Assembly: GCF_006345805.1 (NCBI RefSeq)
Contig: NC_043013.1
Coordinates: 35,650,001-35,714,000, forward strand
DNA from: Octopus sinensis
Lineage: Eukaryota
Direction: 5' to 3'
Length of the DNA stretch: 64,000 nucleotides
Part shown: positions 13,573-26,160 of the stretch, in pieces
Numbering within the stretch: position 1 is the stretch's first letter
Layout of the letters: every line of letters begins with the position of its first letter
Program-made: the position numbers and the translations under genes
The notes under the pieces: model-generated
The model's input: only the letters and a program-made list of their open reading frames with translations
Database searches by the model: none
Told to the model about the DNA's origin: nothing

Positions 13573-13715
13573 TGTATATATATGTGTGTGTGTGCATGTT
13601 TATATATATATATATATATATATATAGGGAGAGAGAGAGAGAGAGAGAGAGAGGGAAATGTATATGTATATACATATATATATGTATATATATATATATA
13701 ATATATATATATATC

Positions 13716-13783
<68 letters not shown>

Positions 13784-13784
13784 G

Positions 13785-14122
13785 CGGCACGGGGGCCAGA
13801 CGAGGCTGGTAACAGCCACGAAAGCACCATCCGATCGTGGCCATTGCCAGCCTCGCCTGGCCCCCGTGCCGGTGGCACGTAAAAAGCACCATCCATCCAT
13901 GGCCGTTTGCCAGCCCCGTCTGGCACCTGTGCGGATGGCACATAAAAAGCACCCACTACACTCACAGAGGGGTTGGCGTTAGGAAGGGCATCCAGCTGTA
14001 GAAACACTGCCAGATCAGACTGGCTGGGCCTGATACAGCCTTCTGGCTTCCCAGACCCCAGTTGAACCGTCCAACCCATGCTAGCATGGAAAGCGGACGC
14101 TAAATGATGATGATGATGATGA
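13785..14122 (+). mobile_element. RTE LINE 3'-UTR fragment with 5' inversion and (GAT)n tail
   Basis: Matches about 54250-54577; 13785-13821 is inverted relative to 13835-13871; inserted in (TA)n. Confidence 0.85.
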
Positions 14123-14671
14123 TATATGTATATATATGCATACATATACATATATACATATATATACACACACACACACACACACATATATATTATAATT
14201 TTGGGTCAGGTTTTATTCACTAGCTTCTTTCAGCTGATTTTGTTAACCATATCAGATAAATAAAGAAAAACAAACAAACAAAAAAACAAACAATAATATT
14301 AATGATAAAGAAAAGAAACAATAGAATGAAAAAATTTTAATAAAGCAAACAATTAAAATTGGAATTAATTATTAATGTTAGTTCATTTTACATTGTATTT
14401 TGTCTTCAGTTTTTGTTTTTTGTTTTTACTTTCGTTCTTATTGTTATTGTAGTTTACTTTCAGCCACTGTGAAATGTGTGTGTGTGTGTGTGTGCATGTA
14501 TGTGCATATACCTAGGTATATGCATGCATGTTTGTATGTGTGCATGTGTGCTTGTGTGTCGGTGTATGTCTCTTTGTGTGTATTCATGTACATATATACA
14601 TGTGTTTATCCACTCATAATGTGTGTATGTTAATGTGCACATATGTACCCATATATATATATACACATACA

Positions 14672-14707
<36 letters not shown>

Positions 14708-15879
14708 TGTATGTGTGTATATATACACACACATATATATATATACATATATACATTTATATATATGTGTGTGTATGTGTATGTTAATGCGTATATATGT
14801 ATCCATATGTATACATATGTCCTTCTATGTGTATATGTCTCTGAATCTGTGTATGTGTGTGTATTCATGTATATACATCCTTCTGTATGTGTGTGTGTGT
14901 ATGAGTTTATGTGTAAATGCTTGCATCCTGTGTGTGTTTGTGTGTGAGTGAGAGTGACTATGTGTGTTCTATGTATATTTTTATTATGCGCACACGTGTC
15001 TATTTGTATTGTGTATATGTGTATATGAGTGTGTGTTTGTCATGTGCATGTGTGTGCATATGTGTGTATGTATGTGTGCATATGTGCATGTATGCCTGTG
15101 TATGTGTATATGTCAACTTGGTTTCATTCATGCCTCCATGTGTCACAGAGCATGTGGCTGTGCTTGTGTGCATGCATGATGCATGATTGATTATATGTTT
15201 GCATGTGCATCTGTGTGCATCTGTGTATGTGCACATGCGTTTGCGCATCTGTCTTTATCTTCTTTACTTTCTCAAAAGAATTAAACATGAAAATTAAAAA
15301 TCACATCTTTTTGAATTGCTCTCTTTAGCTAATGACACTCGTCAAGCCTCTTCTTCCACTATCCTCACACTCTTTCACTCCCTCGCTTTACCTCTTTCTT
15401 TCTCTCTCTCTCTTTATTTGTCATTTTCTTCTTTTACTTCTCTGTCTCCTACTCTCTTTCAGTCAGCATCATTAGCAATAACAACAACAACAATATAAAT
15501 AACAGCAACAACAACAACAATATAAACAACAGCAACAGCAGCAGCAGCAACAGCTACAACTGCAAAAACAAAACCAAACAAAAGCTCCAACAGCAACAAG
15601 AAGACTATCATCTATTTCTTCTTCTTTCTCTTCCCCTTCTACTTCTACATCTTTTTCTCCTATTTCTTCTCTTTGTTGTTGTTGTTGTTGTTGTTGTTCT
15701 TCTTCTTCTTCTTCTTCTTCTTCTTCTTCTTTGTCTTCTTCTTCCTCTTCCTTGTCTTCTTCCTCTTCTTTAACTTCTTCTTCCTCTTCTTTGACTTTTT
15801 CCTCTTTGTCTTTTTCTTCTTCTTCCTCTCCTCCTCCCCTCCTCCTCTTTCTTCTCTTCTGCTTCATCTTCCTCCTCCT

Positions 15880-16110
15880 CCTTCCTCCTCCTTCTCTTCT
15901 GCCTCTTCTTCCTCCTCTTTCTCTCCTGCCTCTTCTTCCTCCTCTTTCTCTCCTGCCTCTTCTTCCTCCTCTTTCTCTCCTGCCTCTTCCGCCTCCTCTT
16001 TCTATCCTGCCTCTTCTTCCTCCTCTTTCTCTCCTGCCTCTGCTTCCTCCTCTTTCTCTCCTGCCTCTGCTTCCTCCTCTTTCTCTCCTGCCTCTTTCTC
16101 CTCCTCTTTC
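15880..16110. repeat. 27-bp pyrimidine-rich minisatellite within a (CTT/CCT)n region
   Basis: TCTTTCTCTCCTGCCTCTTCTTCCTCC repeated about 8-9 times. Confidence 0.9.
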
Positions 16111-16460
16111 TCTCCTGTCTCTTCTTCCTCCTTCTTCTCATCTACCACATCTTTCTCCTCCTTTTCCTCCTCCTCCTCCTTCTCTTCCTCCTCTTCCTCC
16201 TTATCTTCCTCCTCAACACTTCATTGCTCTTGTCATCATTGTTATTCTTCTTCTCCTTCTTCCCACTCTCCATCACCCTCCTTCCCTCCCTCCACTTTTT
16301 TCTTTCTTTTTCTCTCTATTTAAATAGGCAATTCATTTGATAAATTTTCAATTGCGTTGGCTCTGCAGGATAATTGCAAAGCTACTCCAAGACTCTTGCC
16401 CAGTGCCAATGATCCTATCTGTTTCTTGTAGTTTGTTCATTATTATTATTATTATTATTA

Positions 16461-16519
<59 letters not shown>

Positions 16520-17275
16520 TTTGTGTCTGTGGAGTGGAGCGAGGGTTTTTTTTTTATATTTTTATCTGAAATATTTTGCATTATTTTGTTTCATTTATTT
16601 TAAAATTTATTTTTTAAAATTTCATGTTATATTTATTTTTCTAGCTTGTCATTAATTCTTTTATCTCAAACTAATTAAGGAATGCCTCCAACCACCCTAA
16701 CCATACCATCCCCATTCATGCATGAACATACACATATATACATACATATATATATACACACACATGCATATATACACACACACACACACACACACCACTC
16801 ATATCATGCACAAAAGTATGAGCACAGGCACCCACCCATATGACAATGCAATGAATGAAGAAAAAAACCCCAGCAATTTTCCAAGCAATGACCTCGTAGG
16901 GTCATTGTACAAAAAAACATGGATATGTATAGAAATAAATATAACTCATAAAAAACAGTACACACACACACTTAAACACACGCAAACTCACGTACACACA
17001 TATACACACATACACACACATACACACAAAACACACACAAACACACATACACATATTCAGACATGCATATACAAAAGCCACCCTGGATAAATGAGACAGA
17101 CCAATGGTTTACTGCCCCTGGGAGGTGGTGGAGGTGGATAAAGTGGGACTTGAACAAGTCATCTAGGAGAAGGGTGCTGAGCAGCTGATGTTCAAAGGCT
17201 CAAAACCCCGTAAGATGCCAGAAACATCACTGATGATGCATCCCTCAGTACCATGAGATGAGTCTTGGAACTATA

Positions 17276-17361
<86 letters not shown>

Positions 17362-17489
17362 TGCGTGTGTACGTGAGTGTGTGTGTGTGTGTGTGTGTTT
17401 GCATGTGTGTATACACATACACAAATATAGGCAAACACTCACATGTATATATATATATATTTTATCTTTCTTTTATTTTCTTATCACAC

Positions 17490-17655
17490 AAGCACAGGGG
17501 TGGCTGTGTGGTAAGAAGCTTGATTCCCAACCATATGGTTCCAGGTTCAGTTCTGCTGCACGACACCTTGCACAAGTGTCTTCTACTATAGCCTCAGGCC
17601 GACCAAAGTCTTGTGAGTGAACTTGGTAGATGGAAATTGAAAGAAGCCTGTCGTG
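17490..17655 (+). mobile_element. SINE family A, 5' half
   Basis: GGCTGTGTGGTAAGAAGC...GGAAATTGAAAGAAGCCTGTCG head shared with the full copies. Confidence 0.8.
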
Positions 17656-17734
17656 TATAAATATATATATATATATATATAAATATGTATGTATGTATGT
17701 ATCTATGTATGTATATATATGTATCGTAGAACTC

Positions 17735-18098
17735 CGTTATCTACGACAACAAGGGTTCCAGATGATCTGATCAACGGAACAGCCTGCTTGTGAAATTAAC
17801 ATGCAAGTGGGCTGAGCACTCCACAGACACATGTACCCTTAACATAGTTCCTGGGGAGATTCAGCATGACACAGAAGGTGACAAGGCTGGCCCTTTGAAA
17901 TACAGGTACAACAGAAACAGGAAGAAAGAGTTAAAGAAAGTTGTGGTGAAAGAGTAGAGCAGGGTTCACCATGACTGCCTGCCGGAGCCCCGTGGAGATT
18001 TAGCTGTTTTCGCTCAATAAACACTGACGACGTCCAGTCTGGGAATTAATCCTACAACCACAAGTCAGCTGCCCTAACCACTGGGCCATTGCGCCTCC
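17735..18098 (-). mobile_element. tRNA-headed SINE family D
   Basis: Head GGAGGCGCAATGGCCCAGTGGTTAGGGCAG; homologous along its length to 40697-41070. Confidence 0.85.
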
Positions 18099-18791
18099 AG
18101 TATATACGCGCCGCATGCACCTCGCTCTTGGACCCGACGAGACCTCCCGCTCGTTCCTGGGACCGTCGCTTGTCGTTGGGTTTTCCCACGCCCGTCTCCG
18201 CGGGACCACTCTTCCATCTTCCCCTCAGCTGGAGTCCTTTTTCCTTAACCCCCCCCCTTTTTCGTTACACACACGCGCACACATATACACACATTGCTTA
18301 AATATATACATTACTCTTACACACATTCAATTTACTCGCCATTAATACTACCACGACACTGGACACACACACACACTACTACTCAACACACGCTGGCACG
18401 CTACATACGCCCCCACCCCTTCCCCTCCCTCCCTTCCTCCTTCCTTCTTTTTCTTACTACTGACCATTGTCTGCTATGCCGACCACTGTCTCGCCCTACC
18501 TCACACGCCTACACACAGACGCACACACTAACACATACATATATTTTTTGTTTTTTTATCTCGCCTCACACACACACATACACACACGCACACGCACACA
18601 CTCACACATACACACACATCTGTTGCGTTACCAACCTTGTCTCCACTCTTTTCCCTTTAAAAACCTACTTTGCTCTTGTTATCGTAAACTTCCGCCTTTC
18701 ACCTTGTGTAACTCGTAAACACCAGTCGTTTTTTTTCTCTATCCCTGTTGCCCGCTTTGGGATCTTTCTTTCCTCTCTCTTCCTTCTTTAT

Positions 18792-18826
18792 GTTTCCGAC
18801 GAAGAGCTCCGCTCGAAACGTCATAC
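18792..18826 (+). ncRNA. Minimal type I hammerhead motif (U4>C variant)
   Basis: GTTT-CCGACGA-A-GAGC/TCC/GCTC-GAAA-CG-TC-ATAC; GUC site after 18822. Confidence 0.65.
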
Positions 18827-18913
18827 CTCCCTGCTTCCATTTCCTGAGCGCCTATTAATAATAATACTGTAATTGTTCCATTGTTGTTGTTTTTTTGTTT
18901 TCCCGTTTGGATT

Positions 18914-18954
<41 letters not shown>

Positions 18955-20550
18955 GCATATACATGTACATATATATATATTTAAACTTGGTCATTCCAAG
19001 AAATAAATATATATATATAAAAGCAACACAACAAACAGTGATGCTTGATGCTCATGCATGTTTAAACTTACAAATACATAAAACACACGTATGTTCCTAA
19101 ATATATATGCACGCATACTCAAAACTGCATAAATACAGACACACATATACATACCCGCATGCTCCTATACATACACTTGCTCATATTCCTAAATACACAA
19201 GCACACACACATATTCGGTTTGTTGACCTTGTACCTCCTCCCAATCAATCTCCACCGATCCCCCGCTCCGCAAAGATAAAAAAACAGAGCACTCCCTCTG
19301 ATTTCTCCTTGACTCTATGACTCCATGACTCTATGATTCTATGGCTCTTTGACTCTATGTTGCATCACTTCTTTCTTATGTGTCACTTCACCGATATTCT
19401 TGCATTAATTTTACTAGTGAACTTCTGGGAAGAGAGAAAGATAGATAGAGAGAGAGAGGGAGGAGGGATGGAGGGAGAGGGAAAGAGAGAGCAAAAGAGA
19501 TAGAGAGAAATTAGCATAGGAAAGGTGGGAGGACATGCTATGTAGGAGGAGCTCTGTTTTGATTCCCTTTCGCTGTATGGGTAAGGGGTGTGGGCTGGGA
19601 GCAATGGGGCAGTTCTTATTTCAACATTTCAAGCATAAAAATATTAAACACAAATATAGCAATCAAAATCAATAAATTATGTTTTTTTAAAACTTGAAAT
19701 TTTAACAGAAACATTTGTTATTTTTTAAACCTTTTTTTTTTAAATTTTTTTTTTCCTCGTTATTATTGTAATTTTTTTTATGTAGGTGGGGGTGTCATAC
19801 TTATTGATTTTTTTTAATTTCCTTAATTTTTTTTTTTCGTTTTTAATAATGCAAAGTGTGTTCATTATAAGAAAATTAACTACTTAATAATACAATAATT
19901 CTTTTGTAGTAGTGGTAGAGAGGGAACAATTAGGATGAGACTAAAATGGGATGCTGGCAGGCTGAGATAACTTACAGTATTTAGATTTTCCTCTGAAGGG
20001 TCCTTGCTTAAATATTGTGATAGAGTTCTGAGCAACTCATATCTTTCCTTCTTCTCTCACCCACCCCATCTCTCTCTCTCTCTCTCTCTCTCTTTCCTTA
20101 GACTTGTCTCGGGAGGGTCCTTCCTCTTTATTCACCCACCCCTTTTCCATCTCTTTCTTTTTTACTTTTGGATCATTGAAATCAGTTTCAATATTTCAGT
20201 TCTGTCATTCATATTCCTTCTGTTTTCAGGGTAAAGTGGCCTTGAGCAGCTTGACTCAAAAAAACCAATGTGTTCAGAGAGACATATGGTTGTGTTGAGG
20301 AAACATTAAAACAAGTAAATAAATATGCCCACTGAAATAATAATTATTTTGAATTTTTGCCGCAAAGGCAACTTCGGGGAGGGGGGATGAATCGATTACA
20401 TCAACCCCAGTGTTTAACTGGTACTTATTTCATTGACCCTGAAAGGATGAAAGGCAAGGTTAACCTCAGCGGAATTTGAACTCAGAACAGGTGAAAGGCA
20501 GGTGAATAATAACAACAACAACAAAAATAATAGTGATAATAATAATAATG

Positions 20551-20592
<42 letters not shown>

Positions 20593-20593
20593 T

Positions 20594-20820
20594 CAAAAGA
20601 TAGTGCTCATGGGAACTGCTCATATCCTACGCAAAATACTTTATATGTAAACTCAAGTTTTAAAACAAACATAATTTTCGTAAGTTTTTTTTTTTAATTG
20701 TAAGACATTCACTAGTACAACACTAAATACAAAGCCAAAAATATGGCACACTAGGCATAACAACAACATGAACTTCCAACCAAATATAAAGCAAAAGTCA
20801 AACATAGAATAATAATAATA
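20594..20820 (+). mobile_element. Extreme 3' end of an R4/Dong-type LINE flanked by (AAT)n
   Basis: QKIVLMGTAHILRKILYM* (20594-20650), then a 3' UTR ending in AATAATAATAAT; preceded by (AAT)n at 20507-20592. Confidence 0.75.
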
Positions 20821-20821
20821 A

Positions 20822-21300
20822 TGAGCTTGAGGAAATGGACAGGGAAGCTAGAAAAGTGATGACAATTAACAAGGAACTTCATCTCAAAAGCAATGCTGAT
20901 AGACTGTGTGTGCCTAGAAACAGGGGTGGAAGAGGTCTCACAAAATGTAAGCTCTGTGTTGTCAATGAGAAGAACAACCTGGGATGGTACATCAAAGAGC
21001 AGAGTGAATCCTTGCTTGCTGCTGTTAGAATTAACAATACAATACCCACCAAAAACGTGATGCACCCACAAACAATTAAGAAACAAGATGGAGAAGAAAG
21101 AGTAAACAACTGGAAGAGGAAACCACTGCATGGGTAATACCTCAGAGAAACCAAAGGAAAAGTGAAGATCAACCCTTAGAGATGGTTAAGAAAAAGTGAT
21201 CTGAAAGGATGCAGTGAGGCATTGATATGCAGCACCTAGGAACAAGCTCTGAGAACTAATTACACCAAGTTCCAAATAGATAAGTGCCATATATCATTAG
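20822..21300 (+). pseudogene. R4/Dong-type LINE fragment (post-RT region)
   Basis: MDREARKVMTINKELHLKSNADRLCVPRNRGGRGL...WKRKPLHG; RWLRKSDLKGCSEALI...EQALRTNY. Confidence 0.85.
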
Positions 21301-21869
21301 TTTGAGTGGCATTTAAAAGAGCATCCAGTACACACACTGAGGTGGTTGGTGTTAGGAATGTACCCAGCCATAGAAACCATGCCAAAATAGATGAATGGAG
21401 CTTGATGCAGCCTTGTGGCATGATGGATCCTATCAAACTTTTCAACCTGCACCATCATGAAAATTAAATCTTAAATTATAATGATGACAATGATGATGAT
21501 GATGAGGAGGAGGAGGGGGAGGATAATGGTGACAATGATGATGATGATGATAATGATGATGATCAAGATGATGACGACAACAACGATGATGATGAGGAGG
21601 AGGACGACGACGATAATGATGACAATGATGATAATGATGACAATGATGATACTGATGATGATGATGCTGATGAATAGTACTCTGATTTTTGTATTGATTA
21701 CTAATTTTTAATCACTAGTATATATAAATGTTTGTTTGTCTGTCTGTCTGTTTCTCTCTCTCTCTCTCCCTGACTTTTTCTCTTTTTGATTATATACATA
21801 CATAAATACACATATTCCTATATATATTTGTATCTACAATTTCCACACACACACACACACACACACATA

Positions 21870-23173
21870 CAGGTTGTGGGGAAAAAAATTGTCATCTAAA
21901 TTACGCAAAAATGGAAATAACACTGACATCTCATTTAAACAGATATATTTACCAAAATTACATAAAAATATCTTGAAATACAAAAGAGCAAATTTATTTA
22001 ATAAAATCGCCATTGGCTTCAACCACGGCCTCCAGACGACTTCAGAATCTCCTACAACTCTTCTGGACAGTCTCCTTGTTTAAGTTGGTGAATGCTGCTA
22101 TAATCCTTGCCTTCAGTTCAACTTTGGTGTTACAAGGAGTTTTGTTGGTCTCTCACTCAACTGTGCCCCACACATAATAATCAAGAAGGTAACAGTGTGG
22201 AGAGTTATGTGGCCAGATGTTAGGGATGATTTGGTTGCCAAAATTATCTGACAGCCATGACTGTGTTCTCCTGCTTGTGTATGGTGCAGAGTCCTGTTGC
22301 CAGATGTAGCGTGTTCCATCAGCCATCCTCTTGACCCAGGGTAGCATTACTTCATCCAGGTCATTGATGTAGGCCTTTGTTCTGAGTCTGAGGCCAAGTG
22401 GGAAGATGAATAGAGGCATAACGTTGCCATCACTAGTGATCACTCCAAACACATGATGTTGACTGGATGTTTGATTTTTATCACACTCAGTACATATTTT
22501 GGGGACATGGCAAGCCAACAATTGTTCTGTGTGCCCAGCATCTGAACTCCTGTCAGAAATTCTTTTTGTGTGAGAAAAACCAAAGCATGTTTGGTTGGAG
22601 GGGATTCTTGAGTTTGTCCTAAAACTTCATAGCATGGTCTTTCCTCTTATCCTGGATGGCTTGGGATAAAAACTGGCCCTTTCTCAACTTCTATGATGAA
22701 TACCAAATGTCTTCATGCACTACCTGCCTGATAAGAAACTCAGACACTCCCTTGTCCCTGGTGATGGCTCTGATTGACCTGGAGGGATTATTGTCAATCA
22801 TGGCTTGGATCTCACCAACAAATTCAGGAGTTGTTTTCTTATCAAAACAATCAGAGTGAGTTTTCCAAGCTGCTGTACCTTCGTAATTACCATTAGAGTC
22901 ATCCAATGCTTTCCAAATTCTCTGAACTGTCCTCAGATTGACACCCAAATACTCTGAAATATTTGTATTGGAGCTTCCGGCATGAATGCCAAGCAGTACT
23001 GCATGTCATTTCTAAATTTTTGGCAGAGTGAATTGCATCATGGTGCTATTTTTCTTATAGACGGTGCCCAATTGACCCTACTATACTGAGTAGACAACAA
23101 AATCAAAAAACAAATAACACGCATGTGCGAAATTAAAAATATAGAATTGCGACAATTTACTCCTCGCACCCTG
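21870..23173 (-). mobile_element. Tc1/mariner DD37D (maT-like) transposon, near full length, degenerate
   Basis: Imperfect TIRs CAGG(G/T)TG...AAATTGTC with TA on both sides; transposase pieces VFGVITSDG, WQQDSAP, WPHNSPHCYLLDYYVWG; N-terminal GVNLRTVQRI and PSRSIRAI. Confidence 0.85.
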
Positions 23174-24443
23174 TATATGTATATCTAAAACATTTACATG
23201 AATATCCTGCATACCTATGTGCATACACTGTACTTGATGCACCTCAGCAGCTCGTATATATTTTATTAATTAAATTATCTTGGAGACATTCTGTTCTTCT
23301 AGGCATACCATTTTTTTAGGCATTCCAACAACAATAAACATACATACAGAGAGGAGAAAAATTCATGGAATTAGAAATTCATTTCATTTTTTTTTTTTAA
23401 TTTATTCGTACTATTCTTATGCTAATTCTATTTTTTTGCTCATTTACATATGCGTTGTATATTCTCAGATATGTGTACATGTATGTATGTGCGTGGATGC
23501 ATGATTGTGTGCATGTATGTAAGTATGTTTGTACGTAGGTATGTTTTTATTTATGTATGTATGTAATTATGTGTGTATATTTGTATTTATGTATGTATGT
23601 ATGTTTGTATGTAGGTATGAATGCTTGTATGCATGAATGTTTGTATGTATTTTTGTATGTATTTTTGTATGTATGTTTGTATGTATGTATGTATGAATGT
23701 ATGCATGTGAGTTTTTGCGTATGTTTGCATGTACATTCTCTTCTTGATTGGAAGACTTTTTTTGAGTTGATTTTGTCTGGCAGCATTCTTGTGCAAAGAT
23801 TCTAAAGAAAAGATAACAAATTTTAAAAGTAGGTGTTTTCTTGTGAGTCTTTTTTCATGGGGGGTGGGGGTGCAGGCAGTCGTGTTTGCAATAACAACCT
23901 TTAAATTTTAAAAAGGTTTGTCAGATTCCTCTTGGAATCTTACATGATGTCTAACATGGTTATCAATGATACCCCATGAAATACATGGCCACAGCATTTC
24001 TTCAAGAATCCAAATTCGATGATAATGCATAACTGGATTGGATTGCCTGTGTTCAGTCCACTGCAAGACCAAGGCCTCAGCATGTTCTCTTCACCGACCA
24101 TGGTTTGTTGTGGAGGCCATGAAGTTGAGCTTGAGATTATTACTGGTTTTGTGAGTGTGTAGTGGTTTACGTAGCTAAATAGTTGAATGATCTCCCTTGC
24201 ATGAAAGATTATAGAGTAACCTCCCTTTTCTAAGTTTCTTGAAGCATCTATGTCATGAGACGTGATTCTTAATTATTCAAGAAGCTTACCATTTCTCTTG
24301 GAAGTTTCTAGAATGTCTAACGCTCCATTAATAAAAACAGATTGTCAACCCTGCACTTCGCTTCTTATTTGTTCTTAACCTATATATTACTTTATTTACA
24401 TTATTTACATTTGACGGATATTTGTCCTCATCTTGTTTGTTGT

Positions 24444-24491
24444 TAACACAACATTTCAGCTGATATACTCTCCAGCCTTCATCAGGTGTCA
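24444..24491 (-). ncRNA. Minimal type I hammerhead motif
   Basis: TGACAC-CTGATGA-A-GGCTG/GAGAGTATAT/CAGCT-GAAA-TG-TT-GTGTTA; 6-bp stem I. Confidence 0.75.
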
Positions 24492-24548
24492 TGGGGAAAT
24501 TTCGAACCTGGGTTCTCATTCCTAAGGTACTACTTGATGTTATTATTA

Positions 24549-24619
<71 letters not shown>

Positions 24620-24621
<2 letters not shown>

Positions 24622-24694
24622 AGTCACTGCCTGGAATCAAACTTGGAATCTTGGTGTTAGTAGCCCGTGCTCTTAACCACTACGCCATATGCCC
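24620..24694 (-). mobile_element. tRNA-derived Pol III head (SINE-type)
   Basis: A-box TGGCGTAGTGG and B-box GTTTGATTCC at tRNA-like spacing; no acceptor-stem closure. Confidence 0.8.
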
Positions 24695-25131
24695 ATGTTA
24701 ACAACAAACAAGATGATGAGGACAAATATCCATCAAATGTAATTAATGTAAATAATGTACATAATTCCTCATCTCTGAAATATAGACCTGTCCATATATT
24801 ACTGTTCATATTTTATCGTATGTCCCTTGTCCTGAAATCTTTCATCACACACCTGTGACTCCTTCAGTGACCCTTCCAATCCACTATATCCTCCTACTTT
24901 GCTTAGTCCATTCACATAAATACCTTGTACATTTGATGTATCTACTGGATTCTAAAACTACTGGGTACATTTTCAGGGTTTCTTTAATCCTTATTTTAAT
25001 ACTTTTAATTGCAAACTATTGCTATTTTACTGTTTACCATCTCTTTGTATATATCTGCATTGAAAAAGCTTGTAATTTTTAAATAGAATTAGTATAATCC
25101 CCGTGACATGCTATGAAATCCTCAAATATAT

Positions 25132-25489
25132 AGGTGCAGGGGTGGCTGTGTGGTAAGTAGCATGCTAACCAACCACATGATTCCGGGTTCAGTCCCACTG
25201 TGTGGCACCCTCTGTAAGTGCCTTCTACTATAGCCTCAGAAACTGAAAGAAGCCTGTCGTGTGTGTGTGTGTATAAGTTTGTGTGTCTATGTTTGTTCTC
25301 CCCTACCATCACTTGATGACTGGTGTTGGTGTGTTTATGTCCCCGTAACTTAGCAGTTTGGCAAAAGAAACCAGTTGAATAAGTATTAGGCTTACAAAGA
25401 ATAAGTCCTGGGGTTTATTTGTTTTACTAAAAGCAGTACTCCAGCATGGTCGCAGTCAAATGACTGAAACAAATAAAAGAATAAAAGAA
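25132..25489 (+). mobile_element. SINE family A
   Basis: Head, internal (TG)n and CAGTCAAATGACTGAAAC tail. Confidence 0.85.
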
Positions 25490-25519
25490 CATACATATAT
25501 ATATAGGTGGGGGGAAGCC

Positions 25520-25812
25520 TGGTACTTATTCTATCTACGAAATTCAGTTAACTGCTCAGTTCCAAGTATGTAAACACACCAACACCAGTTGAGGGACAAA
25601 CACATACACAAAGACATACTCACAGATATGTATATATTTATATATGTATACAACAGGCTTCTTTCAGTTTCCATCTACCAAATCCACTCACAAGACTTCA
25701 GTCAGTTTGAGGCTATAGTGAAATATACTTGTCCAAAGTTTCATACACTAGAATTGAACCTAGTACCATGTGGTTTGGAAGCAGGTTTCTTACCACACAG
25801 CCACTGCAGCAC
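25520..25812 (-). mobile_element. SINE family A, degenerate
   Basis: Reverse complement of the family A head and body. Confidence 0.75.
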
Positions 25813-25904
25813 CTAATACTACACCTGTGCTTTTTATGTTTATGTTTATTATCTATGTAAAGGCAGTGAGCTGGCAGAATTGTTAGCACACTGGATGAAA
25901 TAAA

Positions 25905-26160
25905 ATAAATGCGCCTTTTTAAAGCCTAGCCAGGCTCATGGGCCTGGTTTTCTGGTTTCAATGGTGTATGTGTTCCCCAGCTGGACAGGACGCCAGTCCA
26001 TCGCAGTGTTATTCATTTTTGCCAGCAGAGTGGACTGGAGCAACATGAAATTAAGTGTTTTGCTCAAGAACACAACGCATCACCTGGTCCAGAAATCGAA
26101 ATCACAATCTTACGATCATGGTGCTGACACCCTAACCACTAAGCCACGTGCCTCCACACT
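25905..26160 (-). mobile_element. tRNA-headed SINE family E (CORE-like segment plus GCGATGGACTGG segment)
   Basis: Head GTGGAGGCACGTGGCTTAGTGGTTAGGG; homologous to 46877-47103. Confidence 0.8.

Larger units (their letters stand above)
24355..24795 (-). mobile_element. Composite element: tRNA-type head, (AAT)n, hammerhead-bearing body, plus an inverted copy of the post-cleavage segment
   Basis: Head 24620-24694 (-); hammerhead 24444-24491 (-); 24695-24795 (+) repeats the body downstream of the cleavage site. Confidence 0.75.

Noticed and set aside
17225-17275. CTGATGA hammerhead candidate
   Set aside because: No GAAA after a plausible stem II and no stem I complement.
20230-20305. Strong splice acceptor (TTCCTTCTGTTTTCAG) and possible exon
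   Set aside because: All three frames hit a stop within 23 codons; no recognisable protein or partner exon.
23960-24130. Possible further Tc1 transposase remnant on the minus strand
   Set aside because: Only vague similarity; no TIR or clear catalytic motif.
24620-24694. tRNA gene
   Set aside because: A and B boxes are present but there is no closing acceptor stem; it runs into (AAT)n like a SINE head. The same applies to the other SINE heads.
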